NCBI GenBank assembly: GCA_041191405.1
Contig: JBEEOW010000007.1
Location: forward strand, 33,484 to 97,483
Reading direction: 5' to 3'
Length of the DNA stretch: 64,000 nucleotides
Source: Bacteroidota bacterium
Lineage (GTDB): Bacteria; Bacteroidota; Bacteroidia; Cytophagales; UBA9547
The notes under the pieces were generated by a model, which was given only the letters and a program-made list of their open reading frames with translations, had not been told where the DNA came from and searched no databases. Below, in pieces: positions 30,993-41,900 of this stretch. The first letter of the stretch is position 1; every line of letters starts with the position of its first letter. Position numbers and translations under genes: made by a program.

Positions 30993-31016
30993 AAAAGCGA
31001 GAACACCCTCGCTTTT
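30993..31016. terminator. bidirectional terminator between convergent genes
   Basis: The sequence is aaaagcgag-aacacc-ctcgctttt. Confidence 0.55.
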
Positions 31017-31043
31017 TGTGCTTTATAAAAATTTAACAAAACC

Positions 31044-32957
31044 CTATTCTTCTAATTTTTCATTTTTCTTTGGGTCCATCATTTCCATTAATTTTAAACC
31101 TAATAATCCGTCCATTGCTGAGCCGTTGCCGCCTCCATTTGCACCACCAATTAATATATCAGGTATTAATTTGATGTGTCCTTTAGCAAGCTCTTCAGTG
31201 ATTTTGTAACGTGTAAAGTTATCGCCTCCCATGGCTTTTACAGCTAACTCGTAAGCTTCGGCTGTTGACTGACCTATCGCTAAGATTTTACCTGCTTCCG
31301 CACTACCTGTTAATCTAATTTGCTCAGATTCAGCTTCTGCACGTAATTTGGTTGCTTCTGCTTCGGCTTTTGCTCTGGCTTTGGTTGCTTCTGCTTCGGC
31401 AAATGCTCTTAATTTTGTAGCTTCTGCCTCTGCTCCTACTGCAAGTTTTACACCAGCGGCATCTCCTTCTGATTTTTTCACTGTAGCACTTGCGGTACGT
31501 TCTGCAATTTCAACCGATTGTTGTGCTTTTACAATGTCCTTTTGCATATCTGCAATGGCAGTTTCTTTCTCCATCCCTTGACGAGTTTCTTGGGCTTGTT
31601 TTTGGGTTTCGTATGTCACTTTTTGCTCCTCAGCTATTTTCCTGTCGGTTAAGGTTTTCATTAATGATTCAGGAGGAACAATATCTCCAATTAAGGTATC
31701 AACTGCATTAACGTTGTATTCGTCAAGCACTTTTTTGATATGTTCTTTGGCCGATTCTTGACGTTCTTTACGAGTAGTTAAGAAAGCAATTACATCACTA
31801 TCTTGTGCCGAGTTACGGAAGTAGTTACCAATAGTTGGCTCAAGTACCTGAGAAACAAGGTTTGTCATGTTCCCAAATCGAGCAATTACTTTTGGCGCTT
31901 CGGTTGTTGGTACATGAATAATTTGCGAAACATCCAATTGGAAAGGGAAACCATCTTTTGAACGAACTGTAATTGTAGATAAGTTTTTATCCAGATTATG
32001 TGATTCTGTTCTTGCAGATGCCCAGTTTAACACAAGGTTTGTGGTTGGTACTTGCTCCACTTTCATTGTGTATTTGTTAATCGGGTATTTACCAGGACCA
32101 AGTGGTTGAATCCAAACACCTTTGTTTCCTTTTTCAACAATGTTACCATGTTTAAAGTCAACACCTGTTAAATCGTGTCCTTCCTGACCGATATATGAAA
32201 TCACAACTCCCACATAACCAATAGGAATTTCAGTCATCATAATTTCCTCTAACTGAATAGCCCAAGGGTTTAAGTTATACGAACCTGCTAAAATAACCTG
32301 TGGTTGTAAACCTCTATTTCCCCCTGCTTTTATAAATTTATCAAAATCTTGAAAGTTATTATGACCTTCAATTAATTTACCAGCAATTTGTCCAGCTTCA
32401 ATTGGCAAACCATCTAAAGTAGTAACAATACCTACCCTACTCTCTTGAATACGAACCATATCCGTTACCGAGATATGAAACAACATAGTGTTTATACGAT
32501 AAGTACCTGCGGTGATATATGAAGCTTGTCGACCTTTTTGCCCACCATCAAGTAAGAATTTAGCTGCATCTTGAAAGTTATCACATTCAACAAATTGACC
32601 TAAAATATTACCTGTTGGAATTTCGGCACCGTCATTAGCGAGTACCAAACCAATTTTACCCTCAGGAATGATTGTAAAATTTTCCATGATAACATCGTAC
32701 TGCCAAACCCATTTCCAGAAATACAAACCTGGAGCAAGTGGCTTAGCTTGGTAACCTGCTTCACCTTTAAGTGCAATAATTCTACCATCGGGTAACTCTT
32801 TGTCTTCACCAAAAAGAACAAACTTCTTTGTTACCAATCCAATTTTATCTTCGGGTACTATTACCATCCCGAATAAAAATCTAAGAATAAACCTGTGCCC
32901 AATAATACAAAAAACTATGAGCATAATCCACCACGCATTTGAGATAAAGTTCCCCAT
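31044..32957 (-). CDS. flotillin-like SPFH/band-7 protein
   Basis: It has an N-terminal TM segment, an SPFH core, and a long coiled coil with AEAEATK(L/A)RA tandem repeats, which is typical of bacterial flotillins. Confidence 0.8.
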   Translation of the reverse strand: MGNFISNAWWIMLIVFCIIGHRFILRFLFGMVIVPEDKIGLVTKKFVLFGEDKELPDGRIIALKGEAGYQAKPLAPGLYFWKWVWQYDVIMENFTIIPEGKIGLVLANDGAEIPTGNILGQFVECDNFQDAAKFLLDGGQKGRQASYITAGTYRINTMLFHISVTDMVRIQESRVGIVTTLDGLPIEAGQIAGKLIEGHNNFQDFDKFIKAGGNRGLQPQVILAGSYNLNPWAIQLEEIMMTEIPIGYVGVVISYIGQEGHDLTGVDFKHGNIVEKGNKGVWIQPLGPGKYPINKYTMKVEQVPTTNLVLNWASARTESHNLDKNLSTITVRSKDGFPFQLDVSQIIHVPTTEAPKVIARFGNMTNLVSQVLEPTIGNYFRNSAQDSDVIAFLTTRKERQESAKEHIKKVLDEYNVNAVDTLIGDIVPPESLMKTLTDRKIAEEQKVTYETQKQAQETRQGMEKETAIADMQKDIVKAQQSVEIAERTASATVKKSEGDAAGVKLAVGAEAEATKLRAFAEAEATKARAKAEAEATKLRAEAESEQIRLTGSAEAGKILAIGQSTAEAYELAVKAMGGDNFTRYKITEELAKGHIKLIPDILIGGANGGGNGSAMDGLLGLKLMEMMDPKKNEKLEE

Positions 32958-33226
32958 TTTGAGTTCAATTTAAGTGTGTTAAGAATAATTTATCAAATAC
33001 TCGAAAAGTAATTTCAGTGAATGCAAATGGATATTTAAGGTTAACTTTTGAACGCTTTGTACGAATCCATGATTAGTGAAAAAACTTCTTTTTCATTGTT
33101 GAAAAAGAATTATCACAATTCGAGCCAAAAGATTTAGTTTAAAAATATATTTTTAAAAATATTTAAATATTACAATTTTTACATTTTGGAGTGATATAAA
33201 TTGAGAAAAAAGTTGAAAATTTATTT

Positions 33227-33754
33227 TTACCATTGTAAAGAATCAATCATTTTTTTGATTTGTAAAATTAATTCTTGGTCAATAATTTCTTTTTGTTGAT
33301 TCAATTTTGAGTTTATAATTGGTATTGACAAACATCTTTCAGTATTAATTTGTGTACCTAATGCAGTTAATGTTTGGGTTAAGGAGAATAAACATTTTTC
33401 TCCGCCACTTCCTAAAGGCGAAACTGAAATTGCAAATACTAATTTTTCATTAAATTCACCAGATTGCACCAACCAATCTAATGCATTTTTCAACACACCT
33501 GGTACACCAAAAGCATATTCAGGAGTACATATTATAATTAAATCTGCCTTCGAAACTAAATCTCTTAATTCTTTTACTGAAGCTATTTCATTATCTTCAT
33601 CAGGATTAAAAGGAGGAATGCTTAAAAGGTTTTTATAGAAAATATACTCTGTATTTATTGGTAATAAATTAGCAATAGCACTTAAAACCACTGTATTCGA
33701 TGAATATTCTCTTACACTTCCCGAAATCCCTAAAACTGTTTTATTTATATTCAT
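33227..33754 (-). CDS. NADPH-dependent FMN reductase-like flavoprotein
   Basis: It has a flavodoxin-like fold, and GISGSVREYSSNTVV resembles the FMN-reductase P-loop. Confidence 0.65.
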   Translation of the reverse strand: MNINKTVLGISGSVREYSSNTVVLSAIANLLPINTEYIFYKNLLSIPPFNPDEDNEIASVKELRDLVSKADLIIICTPEYAFGVPGVLKNALDWLVQSGEFNEKLVFAISVSPLGSGGEKCLFSLTQTLTALGTQINTERCLSIPIINSKLNQQKEIIDQELILQIKKMIDSLQW

Positions 33755-33767
33755 AGAATATCAAAAT

Positions 33768-34811
33768 TTACTTACTTTTCTCATCCAACTCTTTTTTGAT
33801 AAACTCTAAAATTGCCAAATGGTGTTTAAAACTTATCATTAAATTACCATTTCCATAATCAACGTTTTCTAAAACAGTAATTGAAATTTTTTTATCGTAT
33901 CGAGGAAAATAATAATTCATTGATACAAAGCCTGGTGCAAAACCAGTTTGTCCAAATTGCTGTACTCCATTATTTTCAGTTATAGTAATTCCATAACCAT
34001 AATAAGTAGTTCCAAATAATGGATGATTACGAATTGCATTTGGTTGCTTTGTAATCATAAGCTTGTAAGTTTCAGGTTTTAAAAGCTTTACATGATAGTT
34101 ATTATGTAATTCTGCATTCCATAATGCCAAATCATTTACAGTTGAAACAAAGGAACCTGCCGCAGGATAATTTTCAAAACTTGCATTTTCAATTTCTAAT
34201 TTTCCTAAATCACTTTTTGTATATGCTTTTGCTAAATGTTTATATTGCTTATTATCAGGATGAAAAGTGTTTTCCATTCTACAACTTTTGAATAAATTTG
34301 CTGATAATTGAGCAAAGGTTTTACCCGAAGTTTTTTCAACAATTTCAGACAATAACTGATATCCTAGTTGCGAATACGAAAACTTTGAACCTGCTTTAAA
34401 TTCCGAAGGTTTATCCAATGCAACAATTCCGTGCGTATGTGTAAGTAAATGATGAACAGTTACAGAATCAGCCCAAGATTGTGTTAAATAAGGCAAGTAT
34501 TTTTTTATTGGAGTATGTAATTGTAATCTATTGCTATCCACTTCTTGTAATACAATTACAGCTGTAAATTGTTTACTTATTGAACCAACTACAAATTGGT
34601 CTATCCAATATTTTATTTTAGTTTTTGATTCAATATTTGAATATCCTTTTTCAATTACATGAACCCTTTTATCATTTTTAACCAAATACACTACCCCATT
34701 AAATGGATTCATTTTATCTAAAGAAAGAATAGAATCTAATTTATGTAAATCTTGAGCATTTAAAACAAAGATACTTTGTAGTAAAAAGAGGAAAGTGAGG
34801 AGTTTTTTCAT
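33768..34811 (-). CDS. serine hydrolase of the beta-lactamase/PBP family
   Basis: It has a signal peptide, the SxxK motif in VGSISKQFTA, and a downstream YxN-like element. Confidence 0.75.
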   Translation of the reverse strand: MKKLLTFLFLLQSIFVLNAQDLHKLDSILSLDKMNPFNGVVYLVKNDKRVHVIEKGYSNIESKTKIKYWIDQFVVGSISKQFTAVIVLQEVDSNRLQLHTPIKKYLPYLTQSWADSVTVHHLLTHTHGIVALDKPSEFKAGSKFSYSQLGYQLLSEIVEKTSGKTFAQLSANLFKSCRMENTFHPDNKQYKHLAKAYTKSDLGKLEIENASFENYPAAGSFVSTVNDLALWNAELHNNYHVKLLKPETYKLMITKQPNAIRNHPLFGTTYYGYGITITENNGVQQFGQTGFAPGFVSMNYYFPRYDKKISITVLENVDYGNGNLMISFKHHLAILEFIKKELDEKSK

Positions 34812-34897
34812 CTCATGTCTAATTATAATTCAATCTTTCTAAAATTACACTTATTTTCCAAATCTTTAAAATGCCAAAATATTATTTTAAAAAAATA

Positions 34898-35914
34898 TCA
34901 CAAACCTCTCAAAATCCCTGCTGCTTTTTCAGGAGCTAGCGGGTTGATAATATTCCCTCCAGCTGTTTCAAAACCAGCCAAGTATTTCAATTTATCGGCT
35001 TCACGTAAAGGTGGCGTAAATTTTATAAAAAACTGAAAATGATTAGCTTTATATTGACTTGTTGTGATTAATGGTGCATTAAATAGTTGAGTTATATTGG
35101 GCAATGAAAATCCAAATAACTTATCATATTTCTGTAAAATATCCTTTAAAATAAGCGCTAATGAAGTTTTTTCATTCGGCAATAAATGCCCTAAATGTTG
35201 AAAAAATCGCTTAGGAATCAACCATGTTTCATAAACATATTGTGCAAAATAGGGCACAATTACTATCCAATCTTCATTTTCGCAAACTACTCTTGTATTG
35301 GTTTTTAATTCATGTTGAACAATATCTTGCAAAATATTTGAACCATTTTCTGTAAAATATTCACTAAATGATTTTGCCATTTGAGCTATATTTTTCGGCA
35401 CAAAATCAGTTGCATACAATTGCCCATGTGGATGCGGATTTGAAACGCCTATAATTTTACCTTTGTTTTCAAAAAGTAAAATATAGGCGATTTTATTATT
35501 TTGAGCTAGTGTTTCAAACTCATTTTTCCATAAATCAATTACAAACTCAATTTCATTTTCGGTAAACTGACTTAATGTTTTTGAATGATCTCTACTATAA
35601 ACCAATACTTTACAAATTCCTTCTGCGGAGCTTGATTTAAATAAACTATTTTCTTCATTAAGCAATTTTTCATCTACAAATGCTAATGAAGGATAATCGT
35701 TTTCAAAACTAAACGGAAAAGTATAATCTGCATTTACTTTTCCGTTTGCTCTGGTATTTGTAGGGCACAAATAACAATTTGAATCATAGTTATTTGTGTC
35801 ATTTTCTTCTATTTTACTAACTGCTCCATTCCACGGACGAGAAGCTGTACTTTCAGCTATAATTACCCATTCCTGCAATAATGGATGCCACCTTTTTTCT
35901 CTAATTTGCGACAT
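34898..35914 (-). CDS. galT: galactose-1-phosphate uridylyltransferase
   Basis: The HIT-like motif NPHPHGQ is present. The gene overlaps galK by 14 nt. Confidence 0.85.
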   Translation of the reverse strand: MSQIREKRWHPLLQEWVIIAESTASRPWNGAVSKIEENDTNNYDSNCYLCPTNTRANGKVNADYTFPFSFENDYPSLAFVDEKLLNEENSLFKSSSAEGICKVLVYSRDHSKTLSQFTENEIEFVIDLWKNEFETLAQNNKIAYILLFENKGKIIGVSNPHPHGQLYATDFVPKNIAQMAKSFSEYFTENGSNILQDIVQHELKTNTRVVCENEDWIVIVPYFAQYVYETWLIPKRFFQHLGHLLPNEKTSLALILKDILQKYDKLFGFSLPNITQLFNAPLITTSQYKANHFQFFIKFTPPLREADKLKYLAGFETAGGNIINPLAPEKAAGILRGL

Positions 35915-37133
35915 ACAACTCAGCTTCTCTGTTTAGGGCATGTGCTCCAGCGGCAGGTTTTACGATATAAAAACTAGGAATTAATGAAGTTTTAGCAACA
36001 TAATCTGATGTGATTGCTGCTTCAAAATCTAACAAATTTTCTTTTCTAACCAATGAAACTGTACAACCGCCAAAACCAGCACCCGTCATTCTACTTCCTG
36101 CTACATAATGTAATGATTGTGCTTTTGAAACTAAAGTATCTAACTCAAAACCAGTCACTTCATAATCTTCTTTTAACGACAAATGTGATTCATTTAATAA
36201 TCTACCCACTTGTTTTACGTTACCAAATTCCAACGCTTCAACCATATCAATTACACGCTGATTTTCAGTAATGGTGTGTCGAGCTCGTTTTACCAGTGTG
36301 TCACTGTTTATCATTCTCTCTAATTCAGTAAAAAAAGTAGGACTTATATGGCACAATTGCTCAAATTTTAAATCATCCTGTGAATGTCTGTTAATTTCAT
36401 CTAACACCAATTTACACTCTTTTAATCTTTGATTATATGCCGATTCAATCAACTCTCTAGGTTTGTTTGAATTAATAATTACCCATTCATAATCAGTTAT
36501 ATGTAAAGGTATTTGTGTATGACTTAAGGTACTACAGTTCAATAATAAAGCATGATTTTGTTCAGCATTTAAACAAACATATTGGTCCATAATACCGCAT
36601 TGAACCCCAGCAAATTCATGTTCAGATTGCTGACATAAAACTGACAATTCTTTCCTATCAATTTTGATATTAAAAATAGATTCAAGTGCAATTGCGGTTA
36701 CCGCTTCAATTGATGCAGACGACGACAAACCAGAAGATTGTGGCAAATTACTTTGATAATAAAAATCCATGCCTTCAAGTTGTAATTGATATTTACGGTT
36801 AAATAATTCCATTACGCCCAATGGATAATTTACCCAATTACTTCCTTGATTTAAAATCGGATATTCGGCCTTGATATCAACTTCATCCTCTTTAGATTCG
36901 GAGAAAAAACGCCATACATTTAAGTCATTTTTTCTGATAGCCAAACTTGTACCTAAGTTCATCGCAAATGGCAAAACCAAGCCTCCATTGTAATCAATAT
37001 GTTCACCAATTAAGTTAACTCTGCCAGGAGAAAAAAACTCCATCACTTCGCTGCCTCTGGTACCAAAATGATTCAAAAATTGTTGTTTTAAGGATAAATT
37101 CATATCAAATTTTAGTTTCTCAAGATTAATCAT
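35901..37133 (-). CDS. galK: galactokinase
   Basis: It carries the galactokinase signature PGRVNLIGEHIDYNGG and the GHMP kinase motif PQSSGLSSSAS. Confidence 0.9.
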   Translation of the reverse strand: MINLEKLKFDMNLSLKQQFLNHFGTRGSEVMEFFSPGRVNLIGEHIDYNGGLVLPFAMNLGTSLAIRKNDLNVWRFFSESKEDEVDIKAEYPILNQGSNWVNYPLGVMELFNRKYQLQLEGMDFYYQSNLPQSSGLSSSASIEAVTAIALESIFNIKIDRKELSVLCQQSEHEFAGVQCGIMDQYVCLNAEQNHALLLNCSTLSHTQIPLHITDYEWVIINSNKPRELIESAYNQRLKECKLVLDEINRHSQDDLKFEQLCHISPTFFTELERMINSDTLVKRARHTITENQRVIDMVEALEFGNVKQVGRLLNESHLSLKEDYEVTGFELDTLVSKAQSLHYVAGSRMTGAGFGGCTVSLVRKENLLDFEAAITSDYVAKTSLIPSFYIVKPAAGAHALNREAELYVAN

Positions 37134-37192
37134 TAAATTGTATTAGCGAGTTAATACCCTGTAAATAAATTGTTAAGAAATTAATTTAGACT

Positions 37193-38086
37193 ATGGAATT
37201 AATAAAAATTACAAACAATGAAGGTTTTGAGCTAGAAGTTTGCTCGGTTGGTTTGGCTATCAAATCAGTTACACTTCCATGGAATAATTCACCAATAATT
37301 GGCTACAATACTATTGATGATTATAAAATTAACCCAAATTATCATGGTTGTATTGTTGGCAGAATTACCAACAGAATTAATAAAGGAAAATTAAATATTG
37401 ACAATAATAGCTTTCAGTTAGATATAAATCATGGGCAACATCATTTACATGGCGGAAACAATGGTTTACACCTTGCTAATTGGGAATTAACACAAGAAGA
37501 GAATAGCGTAATCGGTAAATACACTTCAAAATCAGGAGAAAGTGGTTACCCAGGTGAAATTGAAATTACTACAACAATAACTTTAGAGAATAATAAAGTA
37601 ATTATTAATTACCAAGCAACTTGCGATACCAAAACTCCATTGTCGTTAACACAACACCCCTATTTTAGTTTTGGAAACGATTTTTCAAATGTGGAAATGA
37701 ATATTTTTGCCCAAAAATATGTAGAAACTACCAATGAATTAATTGCTACTGGTAAACTGTTAACGTTTGAAAACTTTAATTTAGACTTAGGCATTGACAC
37801 TTGTTTTGTTACTGAAAATGAACAAGATAACATTCAACTTAATGCTACAATTTTGGACAAAGAATCTAAAACCAAACTAAATATTTTATCCGATTATCCT
37901 GCATTTCAAGTTTATACATCAACCAACAAACTAGCAAATGTATCAGCACCAATTGACAATGTTTGTATTTGCGTGGAACCTCAATTTGTAACTGGTTTTA
38001 CAGAATTTGAAAATGTAAAAGGCTTTTTCTTTGATGAAAAAAATGAATACAATCAAACGATTGTTTATGAGTTTTTGAGGGAGTGA
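37193..38086 (+). CDS. aldose 1-epimerase (galactose mutarotase-like)
   Basis: Motifs HHLHGGNNG and the position divergent from galKT support the call. Confidence 0.6.
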   Translation: MELIKITNNEGFELEVCSVGLAIKSVTLPWNNSPIIGYNTIDDYKINPNYHGCIVGRITNRINKGKLNIDNNSFQLDINHGQHHLHGGNNGLHLANWELTQEENSVIGKYTSKSGESGYPGEIEITTTITLENNKVIINYQATCDTKTPLSLTQHPYFSFGNDFSNVEMNIFAQKYVETTNELIATGKLLTFENFNLDLGIDTCFVTENEQDNIQLNATILDKESKTKLNILSDYPAFQVYTSTNKLANVSAPIDNVCICVEPQFVTGFTEFENVKGFFFDEKNEYNQTIVYEFLRE

Positions 38087-38395
38087 AAGGTTGTAAGAAT
38101 ATTGTTAAAAATAATTGTTTATAAGACGACGCTTGAATGTAAATTAACTAACAAAAAAACTGTAGAGATGTGGCAAACAATGTCTTATTTAAATTAGAGA
38201 AGATATATGGCATTTAGCAAAAAACTAATGCTTAAAATATCTATTTATAATTAAAACACAATAATATAATTGAGTTTATTAACAATTTTGTTTAATTAAA
38301 TCAATTTAGTATCATTATGCAAAACTATTAGTTATCTGCATGCCGAACAAAGTTGATTAAAATTCTTTAAAAAATTATAAACTATAATTTAAACT

Positions 38396-38788
38396 ATGAA
38401 AGAAACATCAGAATTTCTTAAACATAAGATTAATGAACTTATATTAAAGTATGGAGAGGTTCCTCCATTTTGGATTTACAAACCTAATTCTCATCCATAC
38501 AGTTTTTTGTGGAGACAAGGAAGCGGAGAAGTGTTTACTGATTGTTTCATAATTTGGTTTGAGGAAAATTGTAAGACATTAGAAGAAAAAATTAATTATT
38601 TTAAAAAATATTCACCTCCACCAAGATGGTTAGCAACCGTTGTAGAATCCCTATGGGATGTGGAAGGTTGGAATGATTCCGATTTTGATTACTCTCCATA
38701 CTTAAAACAACTTGAGGAATTAGGATTTTCAGGAACTTCTGATTACCAAAAAGATTTAGACGATGAAAAATGGTTAGAATTTGAATAA
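38396..38788 (+). CDS. hypothetical protein (130 aa)
   Basis: Intact ORF with no motif. Confidence 0.35.
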   Translation: MKETSEFLKHKINELILKYGEVPPFWIYKPNSHPYSFLWRQGSGEVFTDCFIIWFEENCKTLEEKINYFKKYSPPPRWLATVVESLWDVEGWNDSDFDYSPYLKQLEELGFSGTSDYQKDLDDEKWLEFE

Positions 38789-38957
38789 ATCTGACAGTAT
38801 GTTTTGGTAAAATTAGCTATCAATAAAAAGTGATAAACAAATTATTGATTATTGGGAACAAGAAAATTTAAATTATACGAATGGAATATTTGAAATTCCA
38901 GACAAAATAATGGAGTGGTAAAATACTAAATATTACTCATAATGTTAAATTAAGAAC

Positions 38958-41900
38958 CTATTCCACCACAATAGGAAAATCCTGACCTCGTGAGAAGGTG
39001 TATGGGAATTGAAGTTTACCGCTGTATTTATTGTTTAACTCTGGCACTTGGTCGTCGAGGTAAGATTTTAATTCATAAATAGTTACCTTGCCATCTTTAG
39101 GCGAACCATCGGCTTTGCCCGACATGGCATCGAGCAACACATAAGTAAATAATCCATGTTTCAATGTTGAAAGTTCTTTGGCATTTTGCTCGCTTCCCGC
39201 CGATGCCAACACATGTATTCCTGCACTTCGTGAAAGTTGTGCCAAGGCTTTTTCCTCCATCGAACCTCGCATTGCCAACAACTCTACCGAACCTCCTGAT
39301 TGACAAGCATCCATGATAATTATCTGCTTCAATGCTTTTATTTGTTTAAAAATCTCTTGCATTTCGGTAGCTGAAATGGCTGCTTTTGAAAGTCTGCCAT
39401 CATCAAACAAACGTGGGCAATCGCTTGGTATAAAATAAAATTTATTGTCGCTCATGCTTCCATGTCCAGCATAATAAAACACAAAAACATCGTGCGAAGA
39501 GGTGTGTTTTGCCAATGCATTGAGTGTATCAAGTATGTTTTGTTTCGTTGCTTGTTCATCAAAAATGGTATGTATTTTCATGGAAGTGTATAAAGCTCCT
39601 TTGTGTTTTTGTAAAGAATCTACAAAAGATTGGGCATCTTCATGTGCAAAATTCAGTGTCAAATTTGGGTTTTTATATTTGTTAATTCCAATTGCCAACA
39701 CATGGCAAACTATTTTATTATCAGCATTTTCTGCAAAATAGGCTGCACCAACAGGCGACGATTCAACCCTACCTTTGCTATAACCTGTAACCTCCAACTT
39801 ATTATGTCCACGAACCAAATTAACTGATTGATTGATAACAATGAAACTGTCTTTTTCCTGAGGGAAAATAATTTTTGAATGGTCAATTGGCAATAATTTC
39901 CCATTGTGACTTAGTTTTATTTCATCAATACCTCCACCAGAATTTATAATTTTAATTCTCAAATCCGCCGTTTGTCCGTCGGGTTTTACATTCAAGGCAG
40001 TTCTAATAATTGGCGGAGGCGAGGTATTTAACTTATCATTCATCGAAGGCATTTTGTTGGCTCCACCCCTATTTTTAAACAAACTTGGCAACAAGTCCGG
40101 ACGATAATATTCTTCAAAAAATTGGTCGGGAGCATAAACTTCCATGCCTTTTACAAAGTTTATTGCACTGCGAGCCATAGTAGTTGCGTTGAAATATCCA
40201 TCCTTTGTATGTGCCATCCATTCATTTTCGCCAAGGTGTAAATGTTCGTAAAACTCTACGCCTTTTTCAAGGTTCCAGCATTTAATAGCACCATCTAAAC
40301 TATAGGAAATCAACAACTTATTATCATTACTAATTTTAAGTGAAGTAATTTCTGATTGATGTCCTTCAAGTGTTTGAATTAATTTCCCAGAGTTTGCATC
40401 CCAAATCCTAATGATTCTATCTGCTCCAGCGGTGATAACTTTTTTATCGTCTTTGGTAAAAATTGCTGCATGAATAGCCCCTTCGTGACCTTTGAATTTT
40501 TGCAACATAATTCCTGTTGAAATATCCCAAATTCGTGCAGTTCCATCCCATGAGGCACTCAACATTTTGTATTTATCCAAACCAAAACTTACCGCCGACA
40601 CTATATCTGTATGTCCTAAAAATGAGCGAACTACGTTTTTACTATCTGGTTCAATCAATTGCAAGGTTTTATCAAGTTTTGCTACCACCAAATACAAACT
40701 ACTTGGCAAAAACGCAATACTATATCCTGAATAATTATTTAAATCAATGTCGGATATTTTTTTACCAGTAGATAAATTCCATAAAATAATACTTCCATCC
40801 CATGAGGAAGTAGCCACAGTTTCTCCATCTGGACTTAATTTAACATCGAAAATTGGTTCTCTGTGACCTTTAAATGTTTTCAGTTTTTTACCCGTTTCCA
40901 TTTCCCACAACATTGCTTCTCCACTTGCATCAGCGGTTACAAGTAGCTTATTATCAACACTAATATCAAAACAAATTACTGCTTTTTCGTGCCCTGTAAA
41001 TGCAGTTTCTGGTTTGCCCGAAGCAATATTCCATTTAATAGCTTTTCGAGCAATTTTGCCTGTTATAAAAAACTTGTCATCTTTACTTAAGGCAATTAAA
41101 TTCTTGTATCTTAAATATTTAGCAATATTTGATTGCCAATAATTATCAGGGTCATAATCGAGCCCTCCATTATCTTGACCATTTAAAATTCCACTTAATT
41201 TACCAATCACTTTTCCGTTTAAAGCATTATAAATCAATGCAATATTTTTATTGCAAGCTGTAATTATACTATTGCCATCAATGCTATAAATTGCTTCATT
41301 TACACTTCCTGCTGCTGTATCTGATTTAAAAGTTTGAATTAACTTATTGGTAGTCAAATCATATTGCGAAACAAAATCAGCAACTAGCAACAGTTTTTTG
41401 CCATCAGCACTAAAATTCAGACCTTGTAATTTATCAACTTCGGCACCAAATTTTAATTTTTCTTTTCCTGTTAAAACATCAAAAAGTCTTAAGGTATCAT
41501 TATGAGATAATTTTGCAAGATACTTATTATCAGCACTAAACTCAACCAAAGTACCACAGCCACCACACCAACCTTCTGCTGGAGCAATTGTATGTAACAA
41601 AGAAAAATCACTTGTTTTATAAATTTTTGCAGTTTTATTGTCTTCACCAATAGCAAGTAATTTACTATCGTTACTAAATGCAAGGCTAATTCCGTAGCCC
41701 GAACCTTGGTCAGCATTGGTAGCAATTTTGGTTATTAAAGTCCAATTTGAAGTATTATACACCTCCGCTGAATCACTATAACCAGCTAAAATTAAATACT
41801 TTGCATCAGGCGAAAAAGCGACATCGGTTACATATTTATTTTGTTCAGGTGATGAAAAAACTAATTTCCCTGAATTTACAAGCCAAACTTTCACTGTATT

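Noticed and set aside
31348-31711. Plus-strand ORFs inside the flotillin gene (Ala-rich translations)
   Set aside because: They are antisense artefacts of the GC-richer AEAEATK-encoding tandem repeat.
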